Shown here in pieces: positions 41,153-53,600 of a stretch of DNA of 64,000 nt. This stretch comes from Eledone cirrhosa. Taxonomy: Eukaryota. Below the pieces are notes generated by a model, which made no database searches, was not told where the DNA came from, and worked only from the letters and a program-made list of their open reading frames with translations. Numbering within the stretch: position 1 is the first letter of the stretch; every line of letters begins with the position of its first letter. The DNA lies in the NCBI GenBank assembly GCA_964016885.1, contig OZ024743.1, positions 65,720,001 to 65,784,000 of the forward strand, written 5' to 3'. A program made the position numbers and the translations under genes.

Positions 41153-41540
41153 AAATTGTTTCTACTTTTGGCACAAGGCCAGCAATTACCCAGTGTATTA
41201 CTGGTACTTTATTTTATCGACCCCGTAAGGATGAAAGGCAAAGTTAACCTTGGCGGGATTTGAACTCAGAATGGCAAGAGCCGTAACTCTATGCGTCAAA
41301 GCATGGCGTCCGACCCTCTACCGATACTGCCAATCCACCGCCCTATATATATATATATAATTGTTTCTACTTTTGGCACAAGGCCAGCAATTATCCAGTA
41401 CATTACTGGTACTTTATTTTATCGACCCCATAAGGATGAAAGGCAAAGTTAACCTCGGCGGGATTTGAACTCAGAATGGCAAGGGCCGTAACTCTATGCG
41501 TCAAAGCATGGCGTCCAACCCTCTACCGATATGCCAATTC
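41153..41540 (-). mobile_element. Tandem pair of near-identical family-1 SINEs separated by (TA)n
   Basis: 41153-41342 and 41358-41540. Confidence 0.9.
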
Positions 41541-41679
41541 ATATATATATATATATATAATGTCATTGAACTAATGTTGTCTTTTCTTCAATGCATAATT
41601 ATTTTCAGTTAGCTTTTTGAAGCTCACTGCGGTAAATATTTTGACATAAACGTAATTAAAGTAATGCAGTATAGTAAAT

Positions 41680-41985
41680 GCATGCAAGGTTCCGTAACTC
41701 CTGAGGAATTCGTAGGCGTGCCGAGATATAAATTCTAGGGAATTTTTTAACTTGGCGGATCCCAATGTTTTCCAGGTCGGAATACAGCAGATTTCATCCA
41801 GAGGTAGATAGAGAGAGTGAGAGAATGGCATTGAGGAATATATATAGAGGAAGAATCGACCCCAGTACTTGACTGGTACTTTTTTTTATCGACCTCGAAA
41901 GGATGACAGTCAAAGTTGACGTTGGTGTGATTTGAACTCAGAGAGTAGAGAGTCGAAACGAATACTGTAAAGCATTCTAGCCGTC
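41680..41985 (-). mobile_element. Family-2 SINE
   Basis: Meta core and long tail on minus strand. Confidence 0.8.
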
Positions 41986-42298
41986 GTGTTTCCTAGCATA
42001 GTAAATATAAACATATAATTAAGTAACATCTTACAATTAAAACAAGTATTGGCTAATGCAGTGACAGATATACTAAAATAAGTGTTTAACCTGTAACTGA
42101 TTTGTGGCTACACAAACACATGTAACAGAGCAACTAGGTTTATATTTAATATTTCAACTACTTAGAGATTTCTTTATGGCTTTTAGCGCTGCTTGGAACT
42201 AAGTTATTGTTAGTCTGTTGCATTAGTCAATATTTCTGGAGGTGCCAAAAACTAATATAGAGAGAAAAATGGTTTAAGCTGCTGCTGCTGCTGCTGCT

Positions 42299-42717
42299 GC
42301 TTCTTCTTCTTCTTCTTCTTCTTCTTCTTCTTCTTCTTCTTCTTCTTCTTCTTCTTCTTCTTCTTCTTCTTCTTCTTCTTCTTCTTCTTCTTCTTCTTCA
42401 TTATTCCTGAGAGGGTCGTGGGGCAGAGTCCTTAAACACTCCTTTCAGTGGCTCCTGCCACAATCATCTGTCACCAACTGATCTGGCTGGATCCCCAAGC
42501 GGGACCAGCTAATTTCATAGATGTTATCCAACCATCTTGCTCAGGGTCTACCTCTGGCTCTCCTGCCGGTTTGTTTTAGCCGTAAAATCTGTCCAGCGAT
42601 TCTTTCCTAAGACATTCTAACCACATGCCAACAGTATAGAGCTGTGATCTCTTAATTCGGAGAAGTAGCGGCTCTACCTGGAGTGACTCTCACATCTCCT
42701 ACCCACGCACTCTAGCT
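42299..42717 (-). mobile_element. RTE-clade LINE 3' end with (GAA)n tail
   Basis: Minus strand ESLQVEPLLLRIKRSQL..WHVVRM...TGRRARGRP*ARWLDNI...WSRLGI...LPHDP followed by (GAA)n. Confidence 0.85.
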
Positions 42718-43377
42718 AGAAGTAGCGGCTCTACCTGGAGTGACTCTCACATCTCCTACCCACGCACTCTAGCTAGAAGTAGCGGCTCTACCTGGAGTGA
42801 CTCTCTCATCTCCTACCCACGCACTCTAGCTAGAAGTAGCGGCTCTACCTGGAGTGACTCTCTCATCTCCTACCCACGCACTCTAGCTAGAAGTAGCGGC
42901 TCTACCTGGAGTGACTCTCACATCTCCTACCCACGCACTCTAGCTAGAAGTAGCGGCTCTACCTGGAGTGACTCTCTCATCTCCTACCCACGCACTCTAG
43001 CTAGAAGTAGCGGCTCTACCTGGAGTGACTCTCACATCTCCTACCCACGCACTCTAGTTAGAAGTAGCGGCTCTACCTGGAGTGACTCTCACATCTCCTA
43101 CCCACGCACTCTAGCTAGAAGTAGCGGCTCTACCTGGAGTGACTCTCTCATCTCCTACCCACGCACTCTAGCTAGAAGTAGCGGCTCTACCTGGAGTGAC
43201 TCTCACATCTCCTACCCACGCACTCTAGTTAGAAGTAGCGGCTCTACCTGGAGTGACTCTCACATCTCCTACCCACGCACTCTAGCTAGAAGTAGCGGCT
43301 CTACCTGGAGTGACTCTCTCATCTCCTACCCACACACTCTGGAGTGACTCTCTGATCTCCTACCCACGCACTCTAGC
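42661..43377. repeat. 57-bp minisatellite (~12 units) derived from RTE ORF sequence
   Basis: Unit AGAAGTAGCGGCTCTACCTGGAGTGACTCTCACATCTCCTACCCACGCACTCTAGCT, continuous with the RTE reading frame. Confidence 0.9.
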
Positions 43378-43874
43378 CATAAACCAAAACAGTAGTTTAA
43401 TATAATTTGCACAGCTATTGCGTTAAACAAATTAAAAAACCATTAACAATTTCAATTTTACTTTTCATCCTTCCGTTAAAGTACTGGTGTGGAGTTAGTC
43501 GACTGTACCCGTCTTCTAAATTTGATGGGTTTATGTCTAAATTATGAATCAAAGATTCATTATATTTCGTAGCACAGATATTGGTTTTTAAACAATTGCG
43601 ATTTATCCCTTGTTACTAAGAGGTTTCTTACACCTTGTTCTGCGTGGTTATTCATCTTGTTAGATATCGCAACCAAATCTCCCTCAGATCTCGCCCTGTC
43701 ATCGTAGAAAAGGAGGAAACAGATAATGTATTCCTAAAAACACTTTCCCAATGGAAAAAAAAAAACACGAGATGGTCAAAACTGGAATGTTTTAAACATA
43801 GTTCGGTTATACCAGAGCAAAGCTGGAATCAAACAATAGCAATTGGTTGGTATTAGTAATGCTATTACACCTTG

Positions 43875-44526
43875 GAATTGTTAGAAGGTCCGGAAGGGTT
43901 CTTTGCCACATTCTTTCAGGGTTTCTGGGCTTTGAGTTCAAATTCCACCGAGGTCAATTTTGCCTTTTACCCGTACAAGTCTAGTACTTGGATCGGTTCT
44001 TCCTCTGTATACCCTCCATCCACCCACTCTCCTTTTCTCTTTATTTCTCTCTTTCTCCGTTGTAAGAAACCAGCTGTGTGCAGACGTGAATAGTGATAGG
44101 CTCTGTCAGGTTTAATATGCTGTATGTATAGTTTTATGTTCTGGATGTATTCTTGTGATTATCTGTTAAGTTCATTGCATGCGTTTGTTTATGTAAAAAT
44201 GTCAGGGCGGTGTCCTTATGACCCCGCTTGGTGTTACTGGTCCATACATACATACGGTTTTTTAGGGCATTTTAAGACCCGTCGGAGCCCATCACCTCTC
44301 CAGGTCTGAATACAGCAGATTTCTTCTAGCGAAAGATAGAGAGAGTGAGGGAATGGAAATGAGAAAGAGATATAGAGGAAGAATCGACGCCAGTTCTTGA
44401 CTGGTACTTTTTCTATCGAGCTCGAAGGGATAAAAGACAGATTCGAACTGAGAGAGCAGAGGGACGGAACGAATATTGCAAAGCATTCTATCTGATGTTC
44501 TAGCGACTCTGCCAATTTGCCGCCTA
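43875..44526. mobile_element. Two family-2 SINEs in inverted orientation (~43875-44115 plus, ~44240-44526 minus)
   Basis: Head, core and tail motifs. Confidence 0.7.
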
Positions 44527-45127
44527 TGGATTCATCCATCCATCCATCCATCCATCCATCCATCCATCCATCCATCCATCCATCCATCCATCCATACATA
44601 CATACTTACATAATCTCAGGTCCTGAATAATCGGTCCCCACCGCTTATTAACTTTGCAGATTCCCCCGACTCCCCCCTGTTTACCCCCCCCCCCCGATTT
44701 ATCCCCCCGCTCTGCTTTAACCCCCCCCCACCTTTATTAAAATTTGCTAATCTATCTCCGGTGAAATTTTATTGTAAGTGATTCATATTGATACAGCAGT
44801 TGGAGAATCTAATAATAATTATTTTACATTAAAAAACATTATATATGACAAAAAAAAAGGACATTACAAGAAATCCCATATTTACGAACGTACATTATAT
44901 AATTACCGATTTCCCAACACCTCCGTTTATTCCCCACCCCCGCTTATTCCAAACCCCCTATCATTCTATTCTATCATTTGGGACCCGAGAGTACATACAT
45001 ACAAAACGCCAGCACCAACAGTTTTGCAAGAGAAGTCAACATGAATGGACCTGTTATTTTTTATCTAAAGACATTTTTTCTAATTCCAACCCGCCCGTCC
45101 CCTCAATCTATCTTATTTCTCATTCTT

Positions 45128-45163
45128 TCTTCTGATGAAGGACTAGCGTCCGAAACGTTAAGA
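45128..45163 (+). ncRNA. Minimal hammerhead (family A pLTR ~44995-45225)
   Basis: TCTT-CTGATGA-A-GGAC-TAGC-GTCC-GAAA-CG-TT-AAGA; perfect stem II. Confidence 0.8.
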
Positions 45164-45649
45164 CCCTCTTCGTGCTATATCAAGCGTTAACCTAATATAT
45201 CCCTTCCATATACTGTAGCGATTGTTTACCTTTTACATACCTACCTACATACCTACCTACATACATACATTTATTTACTACTTTCTATACTTCCGTACTA
45301 ATATTACAACAGTATTTATTAATAATACCGTATTTTCTTAATCTACTGACGGAATCTGTTAATGAAATAATTACAGCTTTAATTACAGGTAGTTAACGAT
45401 AATCTCTACTTTATGTTAGTACATAAGTTACTACTAGATTCTATTAATTAGGTGAACACATGATAATATAATACAAACATTATGTTAACGTATCACTTTA
45501 CTTTTATCTTGTTATAGAAGAAGACGTGTAGAGACGAGATGTTTACGTTATGTTAGGTTGCGCTACAGTGACGCTACGTTGTGGGATACTGTTGAGTTAC
45601 GTTTTACATTATACCATATAATACTGCATTGTACTGATTTAATATTACC

Positions 45650-46345
45650 TAAGTTGCACTATATAGCACGGCACTGCACTACACTGCAATATATTGCACT
45701 ACACTACATTGCACTGCACGGCACTTCACTGCACTAAACTGCACTACACTACATTGCACTACACGGCACTACACTGCACTAAACTGCACTACACTACATT
45801 GCACTACACAGCACTACACTGCACTAAACTGCACTACACTACATTGCACTACACGGCACTACACTGCACTAAACTGCACTACATTGCACTATATTGCACT
45901 GCACTATATTGCACTACACTGTACTACACTGTACTACACTGCACAATACTAATCTGCACTAGACTACACTGTACGAAATTGCACTACACTGCATTATACT
46001 GCGCTACACTGCACTACTCTACACTGCACTACACTACACTGCACTACTCTACACTACATAACACTATACTACATTACACTACACTACACTACACTATACT
46101 GTACTACTCTACACTACATAACACTTCACTACACTACACTACTCTACACTGTACTAATCTACACTACATAACACTACACTACACTACACTACACTACACT
46201 ACACTACACTACACTATACTGTACTACTCTACACTACATAACACTACACTACACTACACTACTCTACACTGTACTAATCTACACTACATAACACTACACT
46301 ACACAACATAACACTACACACATAACATAACTACTCTACACTACG
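45650..46345. repeat. (CACTA/CACTG)n pentanucleotide satellite
   Basis: Direct reading. Confidence 0.9.
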
Positions 46346-46886
46346 ATGGTCTACAGTATATTACAATACTCACACTTGCTCTACCGTAGAAAAAAATGAA
46401 GTCCATTCCGTTACACAATTTCATATTTGTTCAAGCTGTTTACACTTTCAGTACAGATAACAAACACATGTATTTATTTGTACATAAACAAAAGCATACT
46501 CTGAACATAACAAATAATCACAAATAGACATATTCGGAACACACATACACACACACAAATATACGCTTACGCACACACACACACACACACATACACACAT
46601 ACACACACACAAACGCCCATTCACACAAACATCCATACACACGAACACCCATACACATACACACACATATACACACATACACAACACAAACACAAACATA
46701 CACATATATAACCCCCCCCCCCCCTCCCCCCATACACACACAAACACACGTACACACACATACACACACACAGTAGATATAACACACACACACATCTTGC
46801 TAAAATGTTAAAAATATCAAAATAAAAACCCACCAAGGAATCTTCATCTTAATATTTTACAGTTCTGTTCAGAAAACAACTAAAGG

Positions 46887-47098
46887 GAAAATTTTGATTT
46901 TGTGGACTAAAAGAAAACAAAGAATGATCTTGTGTTGTTTTCTCTCTCTTCTTTCTTGTTTTTATTTTGTTGTTATTGCTGTTGTTGAGGAGAAGACTGT
47001 TATTGTCTCAGACCAGACCAGATCAAACAAAAACCTACTTGAAAATAATGTTCGAATATGTCATGTATATATCCATTCCACAAGGTCTTATTTCTAAG

Positions 47099-47135
<37 letters not shown>

Positions 47136-47136
47136 A

Positions 47137-47190
<54 letters not shown>

Positions 47191-47422
47191 GATAGATAGA
47201 TAGATAGATAGACTTAGAAATAAGACCTTGTGGAATGGATATATACATGACATATTCGAACATTATTTTCAAGTAGGTTTTTGTTTGATCTGGTCTGGTC
47301 TGAGACAATAACAGTCTTCTCCTCAACAACAGCAATAACAACAAAATAAAAACAAGAAAGAAGAGAGAGAAAACAACACAAGATCATTCTTTGTTTTCTT
47401 TTAGTCCACAAAATCAAAATTT

Positions 47423-47424
<2 letters not shown>
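46887..47424. repeat. Apparently perfect ~214-bp inverted duplication around (TATC)n/(GATA)n
   Basis: 46887-47100 is the reverse complement of 47211-47424; identical ORFs on both strands in the track. Confidence 0.95.
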
Positions 47425-47491
<67 letters not shown>

Positions 47492-48757
47492 TAAAGAAAT
47501 ATATCTATCTATTAATCTATCTATCTGCACATACACAAACACACACTCACACACATACACACACATACACACACATATATATGTTACGGTATCAAGACAT
47601 ATATAATATATATGATGATTATATTTTTCTCTCTCTGTACATATATCTTTTGAATTATATATATATATATATATATTAGAAAGTGAGGGGGGGGGGGGGG
47701 CTCAGGTTGTTTTTTCATATATGAGTGTTTGAATTTCTTCTTACTTAAAAAAAGGGGCTCACGAAGGCTTTTTTTTTTTTATAAATGTAATTTGATTGGT
47801 TATAAATTAAATTTTTGTTGTCACGTGAACAAGTTCATTAAATTTCGCGCCCGTATTTGGGAATTTATTTTGTAGCCTTTTAGAGAATTTTATGGCAAAC
47901 AAAAGATAATCGCCAAGAGAAATGAGATGGGAGAATTGTTCTGGTTCAGTGAATATAGCAGGTTGTTTTTTCATATATGAGTGAAGTTTGGTTGGTTGAT
48001 ATAGTCACGTGAATAAGTATATCAGCTTTCGCGTAAGTTTATTTGAATTTCTTTTTACTTTAAAAAATGTGGCTTACGAAGGCTTTTTTTTTAATAAATA
48101 TAATTTGATTGGTTATAAATGAAATTATTATTGTCACGTGACAAGTTCATTAAATTTCGCCTTTTAGAGAATTTTATGACAAGCAAAAGATAATGGTCAA
48201 AAGAAATGGGATGGGAGAATTGGCTGTCACGTGAACAAGTTCATTAAATATATATATATATACAAGTTCATTAAATATATATATATTTATGGAACCAGCA
48301 GGGGGAGATTTTTATAGCACCATTCTTAAACACTCCCATCACATAATCTTGCTGTGTATATATGTGTATGTACATTCATCATTTTCTATGTATATATGTA
48401 TATGTGTGTGCGTGTGCGTGTGTGTGTGTTTATGTGTTTGTGTGTATGCTTTAATTCCTTTAAATCTTCATCAACACTCCTTCATTCCCGCACTCATTAA
48501 CCCCACACCCCACACCCCAGACACATCCAAATCTCTCTTATATATAGGGTCACACATCACAACACAACCTGATCTCAGTTTGACGAATGCGAGGAAGTTC
48601 TCCAGGAAAGTTAACCAGGAATCTTTAAAAATCTTCCCACCGAAGTTAACAAAGAACTTACTAGATCTACCAACTCATAATATTATATTATAAATTAAAT
48701 CAATTTGTTTAGAACTACAAGTGAAGTAACTCTTCCTTTTTTTTCAAATATATATAA

Positions 48758-49650
48758 TTTGGCTCCGTCGAAGCCCAGATCTTATCCCAGTACGCTGGAC
48801 AGATTCCTGAGCTATACGATCGTTTTATCGACGACTGTATCGGCGCCACCTCTGTATCACGAGAACAGCTCGACTGTTTTCTTTCTTTTGTCCAATCTTT
48901 CCATCCTGCTCTCAATTTCACCGCCTCCGTCTCCCCTTTTCTGTCGCTTTTCTAGATATCTCTCTATCTATTAATCATTCTCACCACACCCTCTCTACTT
49001 CCATCTACATTAAACCAACAGACTCCCAATCTTATCTCGACTTCACCTCCTCCCATCCAACCCACACCAAACACTCCATACCCTATTCCGAATTCCTCCG
49101 TCTTCGTCGAATCTGTAACCAGGACGACGATTTCGAAACCCATTCCCTTCGCATGGCTTCCTGATTCATCGAGCGTGGATATCCCCCCCACCTTGATCCA
49201 AGCTGCTCTCACCTGTGCCCGTGAAACAGACCGCACCACAGCCCTCTCACCTCACTCCCAGCCTCCCAATACCCGTGTTCCTTTCCCTCTCACCTACCAT
49301 CCCCATCACCCTACCACTCCGGCGACATATCCTCCGTTCTTTCCATATTCTCTCTTCTGACCCCGTTACTTCTCGCCCCCCCCCCCCATTACTGCTTTTA
49401 AGCACGCCCGCAACCTCTGCGACTTCCTGGTTCGCAGTTCCTTTTCGTCCTCCCCCACGACTCCACCCGGCTCTCATCTTTGTTCCCGTTCCCGCTGCAA
49501 CACTTGTCCCTTTATTTCCACCCTCACCACTTTTACAGGCCCTAATGGGTCTTTCCGTATCCGCCATTCCTTCATCTGCACATACACCCACGTTGTCTAT
49601 GCCCACCGGTGTTCTCTTTGCGGGTCTTTATATATCGGACAAACGGGACA
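48758..49650 (+). mobile_element. Penelope-like element (Neptune-type) RT C-terminus, thumb, Cys linker and start of GIY-YIG; pseudogenised
   Basis: PELYDRFIDDCIG (FIDD 48824-48835)...FHPALNFT...FLDI...IYIKPTDSQSYLDFTSSHP..TKHSIPYSEFLRLRRIC...RGYP...CSRSRCNTCPF...VVYAHRCSLCGSLYIGQTG. Confidence 0.92.
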
Positions 49651-49779
49651 TACATACGCAGAGATCGGAATCTCAGAAACTGGTGCGTCGGTCCGGGTGA
49701 TTCGAATTTCCTACCCACACGAAGTAATTTACATTACTGATTAACGTTTACACTCTAATTAGTTAGGTTTGTATTTTAA

Positions 49780-49965
49780 TAATTGTTTCTACTTTTGGCA
49801 CAAAGCCCCCAATTATCCCAGTGTATTACTGGTACTTTATTTTATCGACCCCGTAAGGATGAAAGGCAAAGTTGAGCTCGGTGGGATTTGAACTCAGAAC
49901 ATAAAGGGCCGTAACTCTTTGCTGCAAAGCATGGCGTCCGACCCTCTACCGATACTGTCAATCCA
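49780..49965 (-). mobile_element. Family-1 SINE
   Basis: Consensus match. Confidence 0.88.
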
Positions 49966-50646
49966 ATACAGACTTAGATAAATTATTGCGTGAGGAAACG
50001 TCCCAAGTTGTGTTGTATAATGTTTCAGAAGAAGATGGTCGATTGGACAGGAATTTGGAGACTAGATGTTTTCTGAACAGAACTGTAAAAGAATAAGACC
50101 GAGAGCCCTTGGTGGATTTTTATTTTGATATTGTTAGCATTTTAGCAAGATGTGTGTGTATTATATCTGCTGTGTCTGTTGTGTGTATGTATGTCTGTAT
50201 GTGTGTTTGTGTGTGTGTGTGGGGGGTATATATGTGTCTGTTTGTGTGTATGTGTGTGTATGTGAGGTTGTGTGTGTGTGTGTATGGGTATTTGTGTGTG
50301 TACGTGTGTATGTGCGTTTGTGTATGTGTGTGGGAGGGTATATATGTGTGTCTGTTTGTGTGCGTGTGCGTGGGTATGTGTGTGTATGGGTGTTTGTGTG
50401 TATGGGTGTTTGTGTGTGTGTATATGTATCTATATGTGTGTATATGTGTGTGTAAGCATATTTTTATGTGTGCATGTGTGGGTATATGTTTGTGTTTGTG
50501 TGCGTGTATATGTATGTGTGTGTGTAAGCGTATGTTTGTGTGTGTGTGTATGTGTGTACCGAATGTGTATTTGTGATTATTTGTTATGTTCAGAGTATGC
50601 ATTTGTTTATATAAAAATAACTGTGTTGGTCATCTGTACTGAGAGT

Positions 50647-53600
50647 GTAACACAACCACTACCACGTTAGTAACACAACCACTACCACGTTAGTAACACA
50701 ACCACTACCACGTAAGTAACACAACCACTACCACGTTAGTAACACAACCACTACCACGTTAGTAACACAACCACTACCACGTTAGTAACACCACCACTAC
50801 CATGTTAGTAACACAACCACTACCACGTTAGTAACACAACCACTACCATGTTAGTAACACAACCACTAACACGTTAGTAACACAACCACTACCACGTTAT
50901 TAACAACCACTACCACGTTAGTAACACAACCACTACCATGTTAGTAACACAACCACTACCACGTTAGTAACACAACCACTACCATGTTAGCAACACAACC
51001 ACTACCACGTTAGTAACACAACCACTACCACGTTAGTAACACAACCACTACCACGTAGGTAATACAACCACTACCACGTTAGTAACACAACCACTACCAC
51101 GTTAGTAACACAACCACTACCACGTTAGTAACACAACCACTACCACGTTAGTAACACAACCACTACCACGTTAGTAACACAACCACTACCATGTTAGTAA
51201 CACAACCACTACTACGTTAGTAACACAACCATTACCACGTTAGTAACACAACCACTACCACGTTAGTAACACAACCACTACCACGTTAGTAACACAACCA
51301 CTACCATGTTAGTAACACAACCACTACCACATTAGTAACAGAACCACGACTATGTTAGTAACACAACCACTACCACGTTAGTAACAGAACCACTACCACG
51401 TTAGTAACACAACCACTACCACGTTAGTAACACAACCACTACTATGTTAGTAACACAACCACTACCACGTTAGTAACACAACCACTACCACGTTAGTAAC
51501 ACAACCACTACTATGTTAGTAACACAACCACTACCATGTTAGTAACACAACCAATACCACGTTAGTAACACAACCACTACCACATTAGTAACACAACCAC
51601 TACCACGTTAGTAACACAACCACTACCACGTTAGTAACACAACCACTACCACGTTAGTAACACAACCACTACCACGTTAGTAACACAACCACTACCACGT
51701 TAGTAACACAACCACTACCATGTTAGTAACACAACCACTACCACGTTAGTAACAGAACCACTACCATGTTAGTAGCACAACCACTACCACGTTAGTAACA
51801 CAACCACTACCATGTTAGTAACACAACCACAACCACGTTAGTAACGCAACCACTACTATGTTAGTAACACAACCACTACCACATTAGTAACACAACCACT
51901 ACCACGTTAGTAAAACAACCACTACTATGTTAATAACACAACCACTACTATGTTAGTAACACAACCACTACCACGTTAGTAACACAACCACTACTATGTT
52001 GGTAACACTACCACTACCACGTTAGTAACACAACCACTACTATGTTAGTAACACAACCACTACCACGTTAGTAACACAACCACTACCACGTTAGTAACAC
52101 AACCACTACCATGTTAGTAACACAACCACTACCACGTTAGTAACACAACCACAACCACGTTAGTAACACAACCACTACTATGTTAGTAACAGAACCACTA
52201 CCACATTAGTAACACAACCACTACCACGTTAGTAAAACAACCACTACTATGTTAATAACACAACCACTACTATGTTAGTAACACAACCACTACAACGTTA
52301 GTAACACAACCACTACTATGTTGGTAACACTACCACTACCACGTTAGTAACACAACCACTACTATGTTAGTAACACAACCACTACCACGTTAGTAACACA
52401 ACCACTACCACGTTAGTAACACAACCACTACCATGTTAGTAACACAACCACTACCACGTTAGTAACACAACCACTACCACGTTAGTAACACAACCACTAC
52501 CACGTTAGTAACACAACCACTACCACGTTAGTAACACAACCACTACCACGTTAGTAACCCAACCACTACCACGTTAGTAACACAACCACTACCACGTTAG
52601 TAACACCACCACTACCATGTTAGTAACACAACCACTACCACGTTAGCAACACAACCACTACCATGTTAGTAACACAACCACTAACACGTTAGTAACACAA
52701 CCACTACCACGTTATTAACAACCACTACCACGTTAGTAACACAACCACTACCATGTTAGTAACACAACCACTACCACGTTAGTAACACAACCACTACCAT
52801 GTTAGCAACACAACCACTACCACATTAGTAACACAACCACTACCACGTTAGTAACACAACCACTACCACGTAGGTAATACAACCACTACCACGTTAGTAA
52901 CACAACCACTACCACGTTAGTAACACAACCACTACCACGTTAGTAACACAACCACTATCACGTTAGTAACACAACCACTACCACGTTAGTAACACAACCA
53001 CTACCATGTTAGTAACACAACCACTACTACGTTAGTAACACAACCATTACCACGTTAGTAACACAACCACTACCACGTTAGTAACACAAACACTACCACG
53101 TTAGTAACACAACCACTACCATGTTAGTAACACAACCACTACCACATTAGTAACAGAACCACTACTATGTTAGTAACACAACCACTACCACGTTAGTAAC
53201 AGAACCACTACCACGTTAGTAACAGAACCACTACCACGTTAGTAACACAACCACTACTATGTTAGTAACACAACCACTACCACGTTAGTAACACAACCAC
53301 TACCACGTTAGTAACACAACCACTACTATGTTAGTAACACAACCACTACCATGTTAGTAACACAACCACTACCACGTTAGTAACACAACCACTACCACAT
53401 TAGTAACACAACCACTACCACGTTAGTAACACAACCACTACCACGTTAGTAACACAACCACTACCACGTTAGTAACACAACCACTACCACGTTAGTAACA
53501 CAACCACTACCACGTTAGTAACACAACCACTACCATGTTAGTAACACAACCACTACCACGTTAGTAACAGAACCACTACCATGTTAGTAGCACAACCACT

